This document shows, piece by piece, positions 17,255-25,964 of a stretch of DNA of 64,000 nucleotides; within the stretch, counting starts at the first letter, position 1, and the number at the start of each line of letters is the position of its first letter. A model generated the notes under the pieces. The model made no database searches. It was not told the DNA's origin and worked only from the letters and a program-made list of their open reading frames with translations. The DNA comes from Yuukianura sp. NJ FZ-2021 (lineage: Eukaryota). Made by a program: the position numbers and the translations under genes. The stretch is taken from the NCBI GenBank assembly GCA_046563655.1, contig CM102290.1:992001-1056000 (forward strand), written 5' to 3'.

Positions 17255-20200
17255 CTACTTCTTCTTGAAAGATCCTTTTACTTTCACTTTGTCCGGCTTC
17301 CCTCGAAGAGCATTTGTACGTCGCATCTCTTCGATGAAGTCTTGATGTTCATCTCTGTAAAAAAATTATAAAAATGAGAAACATTCGAATGATTGAAGTA
17401 CTCCGTGGTTCAGAATTATTCTACTCAATTAATTCGAAACATGTCGTTAACAAACTATTGTCCTTGACCTATTAACCTGCAGAGTAAGTTACAAAAAGGA
17501 TTGACCTTGCCCTAAACTACACACAATCTACTCTTGAACTCATTATTTACCTGGTTCAATTTTTTACAAACCCAGTAGTATTTGTTTCAAAATTCAGTCG
17601 TGTATACTCAAACTTAAAAAGTTTTTAAAAGTTAAATGTTAATAAGTTAAGCAGAGACACACTGACAGTCGTAGCCTGCGCAATTGAAAATAATGGCAGT
17701 AAAGAGTTTACAACAAACAATTCCAGCAGTAGCTTTCCTGGAAACTCATTCCCAAAACCACTTCATTCCATATCAATAGGAACATCAGTAAGCCTATTCA
17801 GCCTATTCAGGTGATGATCATTTCAAATTTGAGTGACGCCAAGTTAACAAAAGTGTGAAAACCTACTGGCTAATGAGCATCTCAACGAAGATTTGTCTAT
17901 GTAGGACGTCTATGTTTGTCTTAGAAGAGGTTAATTATTACTCTCAGACTAAACTGACCTATTCACCCTACAGCAGCGTCAAAACATCTCAATCTCTCAC
18001 AACTAAAAATTAAAAATTTAATTATTACGCAATTTGGACTTTAGCGTCATGACTTCGGTATTTTTCCGCGTCACATTTTTTATAAAAACGTACTTGAGAA
18101 CGACAAATGACAATTGAATTTAAATGGATAATAAGATAGGGTGCTGCTGGTGTTAGTAGATAAGTACCGTATAAACTGGATTGGATTAAACACATCCACT
18201 CAACTTACAAACACGGCTAAAATTTCGAGAAAAAAAATGCACCGCTTACTCAAAATTTTGGAAAAGTAGAAACTGTAGATTTCGAAACTCTGGAACTAAT
18301 TACTGATCGCGTGACACCTTTGTGAAATAGGGTAAGTCCTGGACACAATGAATGTAAATGGGTACTGGACTGGACTGGAGTGGACCGCTGGACAGGGACT
18401 GAGTGACTGAGGGACAGGAGATGGCAGACAAGAGGTTTTGGTCTGTGCCACCTCTAGTAAATGTCACCGAAAATAAAAATGGAACTAAGACATCAGCCTT
18501 GGCGGGACACTTCAAAGCGCTTTGCGTGTCGTGGCTCTAAACCTGTGACCGGTAGCGTCACTATGTATTGCCTAAACGCTGTAAATTGGCAAATGCCCAC
18601 CTCACCAGACAGACAAGCCGGGCGTTCCGAAGTGCTGTTCTGTCTGGAATTGGATTTCAGCCACATCTTTCTTGGAGCCCATCCCTAGTTTACATCAATG
18701 ACAAGACAATGCAATATGCAATTGAGCAAGTTTTTGCGAATGGTTTTCTGACCTTCGGTAATATGGAACGTATCGTACATTTGCATTTAATGCCGAGGTG
18801 GAAATAACATCTAAAGATGCACTTATACATTAGGTATACTGATAACAAGTGCGCACTTCGAATTAACTGGAATTGCTCGATGAGATCCTAAGATGGCAAG
18901 AGTCGCACGCGCAACACGGAAAAATCACGCACGCAAGCAGGCTTTCGTAGAATTTACGATATCAAAACAGCGATGAATTTTTCATGCATAAATGTGAAGT
19001 CTTCAATACGACGGTCAGGGTGGCGCAAAACATCAAGGAGAAAATGACGTCCGAGGGAATTTCAAACAAAAACTGATTTGTACGGAACGAATACTGAGAA
19101 TTCAGACTATAAATGCTAATAGCGGCGACATTCAAGGTTTGCTGAGTTTTTCTTTAACAGGTTGGGTAATACCTCATGTTTTTTTCGATTTTGCAAAAAA
19201 AAAGAAAAGAAAAAAAAAGAAAGTATCTTTTCATTTCGGGGTATCATTCATAACAATACAGCTAGTTTTTTTTAAATTTTGCATACGAATTGGTACCAAT
19301 TTTTCGGATTAATACTGAATTGGTGCTAATTTTTTTTTTGTCAACAAGCGAGGTAGTACCCAACCTGCTAAAGAAAATTAACTTTTCGTTGTCAAGGAAC
19401 CATGGCGACATTAGAGATAAGTCCATCCATACTAATGGTATGGATGGACTTATCTCTCATACTAATAATGTAATGTAGGGTATGCTAGCCAAGGTCAGGA
19501 GGTCAGTGGTCGGGAACAATGAACTTATATACGTCTGTACTGAAAAAATACAATCTCGGCTCTTGAGTCCAGAGTCTTGGTTGTAGTAATTTAATTTTAG
19601 CCATTAACTTTTAGTTTCCTATCAGCCATAAAATTTAACAAAGGCAGACAACAGAGGACAATAGAAAATACAAAGGTTCTGCTACCTCCCATAAAAATAT
19701 AACCAATGGACACTTTTGTCTTCGTCTGACCTGACTAATTCCCACATAATTATAAATAATCACGGAAAATTCAGCTGAATACAACTAGGAAATTCAGGCT
19801 ACGACATTCCCAGTAGTTATAAATCGAGCATGTAGCACGACGAAGGTTATAAGTTGTTAGAACTAATAATATCATTACTAGACTTTATGACGAAAATGAT
19901 GAAGTTGCAATCTTAGAACAAGGTGGATTCATTTCATTCATTTAGTCTGCACCATGTTCATCTTCAAACAAGAAAATTCATTGAAGAAGCTCCAAAAATC
20001 TTATACTATGCGTCAGTTTCTTTTAATGCATCACTCGACAAAATTTGTCTCTGTCTACGGATCAAAAATAATTGAAAGAACACATGAACACTTTAACCTT
20101 GGAATTATACTTGTTTCGACACTCGTGTCTCTTCGTGATATAGCTGGTTAACGTAAATCGCTAAGGTGGATGAATTTTTACGTTGATTTCTTTGGCATTT

Positions 20201-20898
20201 AAAGGAGTATTTGAGTAACGCTAGTATGCCCACGATTTTTTATGATTTCATTGCACGGGATTTATATAACAGACGTAGGTACGCTCACATCACACCGTGT
20301 GATGTGTGAATGTATCTACGACTGTTATTGAGGCAAATGATTCAAGGTATACATGGTGTTATTCACACTGGGTATAACTTGAATCATTTGCCTCAACGCA
20401 AAGTGTTGAGACAAATGATTGTTTATAAAAAATAACCATCGATAATTGATATTAACCTTAAGTCTAAACTTCATCACCTTTTCCATGTTTCGTCAACGTG
20501 TTAGTTTAGTTTTCCAAATTAAAATACTTGCCTATAAAGCCCGTAGTCCCTTAAATGCTTCATCAGGAAATGAGTCTCTACGTGTCTAGGATAGTATTCA
20601 ATGACACCAGGGTCTTTGTGATACGGTTGCCTTCCGAGTATCTGTCCCACCTAAAGTATAAAAATAGTGTCAAATCAATTCGATACAAGTCATCATCCAA
20701 AAATGACAATCTTCATTCAATTCACGCTCGGTCAAGTATAAGATAGGATGTAAGTTGTATTCTTACCTTGGCATGTCTAGGTTTTGCCAGCGGTTTAACG
20801 ACGTTTCCGAAGATTTGATTGCTTAGCCTCACCATCCTTTTGGCATAGGGTGTATCATTTTTTATTAATTGCAGGTATCTGTAGAATCCAGACGTCAT
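17255..20898 (-). CDS. mRpS33: Mitochondrial ribosomal protein S33 (116 aa); exons 20898-20767, 20650-20532, 17354-17255
   Basis: Manual splicing gives MTSGFYRYLQLIKNDTPYAKRMVRLSNQIFGNVVKPLAKPRHAK|VGQILGRQPYHKDPGVIEYYPRHVETHFLMKHLRDYGLYR|DEHQDFIEEMRRTNALRGKPDKVKVKGSFKKK*. The Y..RM.RLS..IFG, YP.H and GLYRDEHQDF..E...LRGK motifs match MRPS33. Intron 2 has a GC donor. Confidence 0.9.
19148..19377. mobile_element. Small inverted-repeat element (MITE-like) in the mRpS33 intron
   Basis: TTTTCTTTAACAGGTTGGGTAATACCTC (19148-19175) versus GAGGTAGTACCCAACCTGCTAAAGAAAA (19350-19377): 28-bp inverted repeat with 2 mismatches. Confidence 0.55.
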
Positions 20899-21292
20899 GT
20901 TTTCTTGAGAGCTCGGTCAGTGAGGTCAAGGCAGTAGACAGTCAAGTTAATACCGGTACTTCCTTACGATTTACGCAACAAAACAACAAAAAAATCAAAA
21001 GTTAACTAAAGGTTCGCCCGAAAAATATTGTTGATTACAACTTGTCTATGCCTTACCCTGTTCCGTAAGTATTCGCCCAGTTGTTTCCCGATCTAATAAG
21101 TTATAATAAACCGGTTGTAAACCGCCCATACTGATAATAGCGAAGCAATAGGCCCCCCGAAGGGGGATTGTTCCCCCACTTTCCCGCCTCCCCCCCCGGG
21201 GGGGAGTGGGGGTGTGTTTTCCCCAGTTTCCCGCCCCCCCCCGGAGTAGTGGGGGTGTGTTCCCCCCACTTTCCCGCCCCCCAGGGGGTTTT

Positions 21293-21857
21293 GACAGGTG
21301 AGACGTGACAGCTGAGGCGTGACAGGTGACACCCGGCAGTTGACACTTGAGGCTGACAGGTGACACCCGGCAAGTAACAGGTGACAGCTGACACCCAGCA
21401 CGTGACAGGTGACACCCGGAAAGTGACACGTGAGAGGTGACACCCGGCAAGTGACAGGTGACACCCGGAAAGTGACAGGTGACAGGTGACACCCGGCAAG
21501 TGACAGGTGACACCCGGAAAGTGACAGGTGACAGCTGACACCCAGCACGTGGCAGGTGACACCCGGAAAGTGACAGGTGACAGCTGACACCCAGCACGTG
21601 GCAGGTGACACCCGGAAAGTAACAGGTGACAGGTGACACCCGGCAAGTGACACGTGACACCCGGCACGTGAGTGACAGGTGACAACTGACACCCTGCAAG
21701 TGACAGCCGTGACAGGTGACAACTGACACCCTGCAAGTGACAGCCGTGACAGGTGACACCCGGCGCGTGACAGCCGTGACAGGTGATATCCGGCGCGTGA
21801 CAGGTGACACCCGGCACGTGACAGGTGAAGTGACAGATGAAGTGTGACAGGTGACAG
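21293..21857. repeat. Complex minisatellite built from GTGACA / GACAGGTGACACCCGG units (central tandem repeat of the HINE)
   Basis: Dozens of GTGACA-containing units. They explain the overlapping Cys/His/Val-rich ORFs in all three minus frames. Confidence 0.9.
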
Positions 21858-22649
21858 TTGAGTGTGTTAGTCAACTGCGTAATGGATTTTTTGGTAAGCA
21901 GGGAACCAAGTCCCATACCAACAGTGTTGGTGGATATCCACTTTTTCGACATTTCATCCACGGCTGGATATCCAGTGGAAGAAATGGACGAAATGGATGA
22001 ATCCAAAGGGGCGGAGCTTTGCCCTCTGAATTTGAATTAATTGACTACAAACAACTAAAAAAACCTGAAAACACAGTTCAAAAACAATGTATATATCGTT
22101 TTTAAATACGTTTTAAATAATATATTAACTATAATCGCGAAAGTAAAGCTTTCTGATATCATTTCGTAAATTTAAATTTGAATTGATTTGAATTTCGCGC
22201 AAAATTTGTGATTTCTTCCATCCACTTTTAGTTTCGTCCATTTGGGGTGCGTTTCTTCCAGTGGATATCCACTGGAAGTGGCAATTAAGCCACTGGACGT
22301 TTAAGCGTCCACCAACACTGCATACCAATTGCCTTTCCAGTCTCACAAGCAGAGTTTTTGTTACACACACTTGCATTACAAATGACCTTTGAAATCCATT
22401 TTGACCCGGAAGCAGGTGACCTAGGGTCACACATTACACACAAAAGTTGTTCCCCTCGATGAGATGAACAACTTTTGTAGAGGTCATTTTCCATGTTACC
22501 GGGGATGAAACCGGTTGACCTTGACCTTTGACCCGGAAGGAGTTGACACCCGGGGGTCATATTCAATAGTGACCAAGCCCGGGTCATGACATGGTCACTG
22601 GTGAAAACCGGAATCAAATCGGACCAGTAGTTTCTGAGATAATTAATCT

Positions 22650-22710
22650 GGACAGACAGACAGACAGACAGACGGACAGACAGACAGACGGACAGACAGA
22701 CAGACAGACA
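22650..22710. repeat. (GACA/GACG)n microsatellite
   Basis: About 15 tetranucleotide units, directly visible. Confidence 0.95.
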
Positions 22711-23188
22711 AACCACTTTTATCATAATAGCTTCGCTATTATAATAATTAGTTAATCCGTAAATTAACTAATTGTTACACCGCAATTTAATTCAATGTTT
22801 ACCAAATGCTAAACATTCGCATGCACGGTAAATGATCCTCGTTGTAGCCACACAATGTATCCACTTGGCAAGTAACATGGGTGGCTACAGAATGCGGCTA
22901 CTTATGCTGCCATTTTAGGTTAAGCGTTGGTTACCCTACAGCGGCTACAAACGGTGCCGCTCAAGTTTAGCTGCCTATTATATTCGCACAAGATGGCTGG
23001 AGTACTTCAGTTTGCGGTTACATTGATCTTCGTTATTCCGTATGTCAACCATTTGTAACTGAAACTGAAAGAAAAAAATAGATACCAACGAGGTTCCTAA
23101 AGAACGAGAGTAAACAAAACTTTTTTTTTCGTTTTTTTCCGCATGTGCGCCTTGCAGCTACGCTCCGTCAACCCAAAATGTATTTTTG

Positions 23189-23226
23189 CTCTTTGTAAAA
23201 TTTGTGGCCCTTAAAAGGGCCTTTGG
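23189..23226 (-). promoter_or_regulatory. Histone-type 3' end processing signal (stem-loop plus HDE-like AAAGAG) downstream of the transposase
   Basis: Minus strand reads CCAAA-GGCCCT-TTTA-AGGGCC-ACAAA-TTTTAC-AAAGAG: a 6-bp stem with a 4-nt loop and the consensus flanks of the metazoan histone stem-loop. Confidence 0.8.
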
Positions 23227-23244
23227 GTACGGAGATTAAGATGT

Positions 23245-24390
23245 TCAGATATCAGGGTCATTTCGGTTGAGGTTCTTCGTTCTTCGGTGCTCAAAATTTT
23301 CTCCATTAACTAAGGCACATTCCTCCAGTCGCGATAGAAATCCGGCTCTCACATTTTTCAGCATCTCAGGGGTAATTGTGTTGATTAAGTTTTGAATTAG
23401 GATTTCCATAGGAGCAGCAGTGGTCGGTTTGTCAAATATTTTCGCTATTTTGTTTTTAATATAAGGCCAGAGAAAGAAATCACAAGGAGCCAGGTCTGGA
23501 CTTCTGGCAGGCCAACGAATAGGTCCCCCCCTTCCAATCCACCTTCCAGGAAACTCCATGTTCAGAAGATCCATCACTGGTCTTGTGTAGTGAATTGAAG
23601 CGCCGTCTTGTTGGAAATATACTTCATTAAATGGAATTCCTTGCTGAACACAGTAATTTTTCAACTCCGGGAGCCAGTCTTCAATCATTGTTTTATAGTG
23701 TTGCGAGTTAGCGTTGGTATTTAGGTCGAAAAAGTGAATCCAAACTTGATCGTGAAACATAGCTCCCCACATCATCAGCTTCACTTTCGAGGTTGACTTA
23801 CAGGCGTTGACAAATTCAGGGCGAGATTTGGAATAGATCTTAATTTTCCCTGCTGAATTCAAGTAGACAATAGCCTCGTCTGTAAAAGCTGTGTGCCGGA
23901 ACATTGTTGGATTTTGATTCCTTCTGTTCATAAGGTCAACACAAAATGAGGCTCTAGTGAAATGATCAGTTTCCTTCATTTTGTGGTGATTTCGGACCGA
24001 GTAGAGCTTGATTTTTTCTTCGTTTAGCATTTTCTTCACCGATTTCTTAGAACACGGACTTGGCAGTTGAGCACCTAACTGAATTTGAGATACTGGTTCC
24101 CGAGCGTTTTCATAATTTTGTACCAGTTGGACTAAAGCTGTACGGTTCTGTAGAGTGGTTACTGTTTTGCGTCTGCCTGGGGACTTCTTATCAGCCAGGG
24201 TATTTTCATTGTCAAATTTGGAAACGATTCTTTTGATTGTCGTAAGTGATAATGCACGTTGAAATTGTCCAAAGAAATCTTCACGAACACGCATCGCACG
24301 TCCTCTATCAAGTCCTGCATGTTCAAACCATTTTTGGACGATGAAGCTTCGTTCAGTTAAAGTTGTGTGAGTCTGCGGAGTTCTATTCAT
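23245..24390 (-). CDS. DD41D transposase (381 aa, uninterrupted)
   Basis: N-terminal HTH region with an SPGRRK linker. Catalytic FTDEA...FQQDGA...WPARSPDLAPCDFFLW, with 41 residues counted between the second and third Asp. Confidence 0.93.
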   Translation of the reverse strand: MNRTPQTHTTLTERSFIVQKWFEHAGLDRGRAMRVREDFFGQFQRALSLTTIKRIVSKFDNENTLADKKSPGRRKTVTTLQNRTALVQLVQNYENAREPVSQIQLGAQLPSPCSKKSVKKMLNEEKIKLYSVRNHHKMKETDHFTRASFCVDLMNRRNQNPTMFRHTAFTDEAIVYLNSAGKIKIYSKSRPEFVNACKSTSKVKLMMWGAMFHDQVWIHFFDLNTNANSQHYKTMIEDWLPELKNYCVQQGIPFNEVYFQQDGASIHYTRPVMDLLNMEFPGRWIGRGGPIRWPARSPDLAPCDFFLWPYIKNKIAKIFDKPTTAAPMEILIQNLINTITPEMLKNVRAGFLSRLEECALVNGENFEHRRTKNLNRNDPDI

Positions 24391-25964
24391 AGTTCACCAA
24401 TTTTCTGTCAAAAAAACAAGTTTTGGGTAATATAAACATTAATTAAAGTCATACGGTTGGTAAACACCGACATACTTTACAATTGAATCAATGAATTCTC
24501 ATTTACTTACGTTTCCAGTCAAAACGAACTGTCAGTGGTCCAATTTGATGGTCCAGCGTAGCTGGCGGGCGGTAGAATTAATTAGTTAATCGAAATTAAC
24601 GAATCAGATGATGTGACGTAACCGTAATTGGCAGTGAAAGTGGTTTGTGAGTGTTAAAGAACAGAAGTGTGAAACCGGAAAGTGTAAAGTGGGTGAACCG
24701 TATGTGGAGGGAAATTTTTTCGCGCGCAATCTATTTTCGAAATTTTTTACTCTCGTTCTTTAGGAACCAAGTAAACTTTTTCTGTTTCAAATTTTTGCAT
24801 TCGCGCTATGTCGAAATATGCTGAGATCATACGTGAGAACCAGACAATAACTTTTTAGATCAATTAATTTAATTAATTCACAAACTTGCTGATGCTAACA
24901 CGCGAAACTTGTGTTTTATTAAAGTCTAAAACTGTAACAATTCATGTCGAAAATGTAGACAGGGATTTAAATAAAAACATTACAAAGGCAGAACAATACA
25001 TTTGACGTTTTGAGAGTAAAAAGTTATAGTAAACGCCTTTCCGGTTATTTCTTTTCAATAATTCGACGACCAAATTAAATGTTATTTAAATGGAAAATAG
25101 TGCTCTTCGTTTTGTTTTAAACAAAATTCGAGAATTATAAAAGCCGCATGCTCCTGCAATTCTACAAGTTCATCTTTTTCCTTCTTGTTTTATTGTATTA
25201 ACTGCGTTATTATGCGCAAGTGCTCACGGGATTTTGTCACCGTATTTGGAAACCACTGTAGCATTTTTATTCTGTGAACGTAATAAGTTACCTGAGTGCA
25301 TCCAGCATTTCTTCAATTGTATCGCCATGTCCATAACTTCCAAAAATTAGCATACGTCATATTCAAGGGCACTGTGTCTCTTTTGTGCTTATTTTAGACA
25401 AGGAGTGGCTCATAGGATCCACTTGTTAAGTAAATTTGCTTTGCAAATTAAATTGGACATCACCTCTTGAACACTTGAATTCAAGTATTTTCAAAGCACT
25501 AAAACCCAGTAACAACCTTAGCATCATCTCCATTGTGTTCATCTTTTGGAATGACAGTTGATGCAATTCAAAATTCAAAAGCAAGGTCTTACTTAGGGCG
25601 ACAGATTAGTCTTGGACGAACAGTTTCTCGGATCAAGTTAAATTATAGTCCTTGTACTGTATTTTTGTGTGTTTTTTTTTCATGAAAACGAAGGAGACGC
25701 TAATAACATTGGAGGTTCCATCTTCTCGCCTTTTGACATTGAAATCGTGTTGAGTAAATATCAAAATCTTGCCTGTTTCATTTTCTTAACAGTTTATCAT
25801 CAACAGTCCTTTTTGTTGCATTCAAGGACCTAAACTTAAAAAAAAAACTTCGAATTCGACACGGAAAGTTCTAAATCACCGCCTGTTAAGTGTTGTCCAA
25901 AATTGCGCAACAGTAATTACAATAAAAACGCAACTTTTCCTGCCCAAGACATTCAAAGACGACA

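Larger units (their letters stand above)
21108..22742 (-). mobile_element. Non-autonomous Helentron/DINE-1-like (HINE) element
   Basis: Read on the minus strand: 5' hairpin/subTIR ATAATAGC-GAA-GCTATTAT (22724-22742), (GTCY)n microsatellite (about 22650-22710), core ATCTCAGAAACTACTGGTCCGATTTG, central tandem repeats, matching subTIR ATAATAGCGAAGC (21134-21146), 3' stem-loop CGGTT-NNN-AACCG (21112-21124) and then a T-run. Confidence 0.75.
23089..24771 (-). mobile_element. Full-length Tc1/mariner DD41D (rosa-type) DNA transposon, about 1.68 kb
   Basis: Perfect 23-bp inverted repeat GGTTCCTAAAGAACGAGAGTAAA at 23092-23114 and 24746-24768, extendable to 26 bp with 2 mismatches. TA follows the right end (24772-24773); AA precedes the left end. 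Encloses one transposase ORF. Confidence 0.9.

Noticed and set aside
21293..21857. Possible CRISPR-like array
   Set aside because: No unique spacers, eukaryotic context and no cas genes. It is a degenerate tandem repeat.
21046..22006. Three long overlapping Cys/His-rich ORFs (254, 209 and 301 aa)
   Set aside because: They are open only because the GTGACA minisatellite lacks stops in all minus frames. There is no domain signal.
22125..22725. ORFs with VCLSVCLS repeats
   Set aside because: Translation of the GTCT microsatellite and HINE core.
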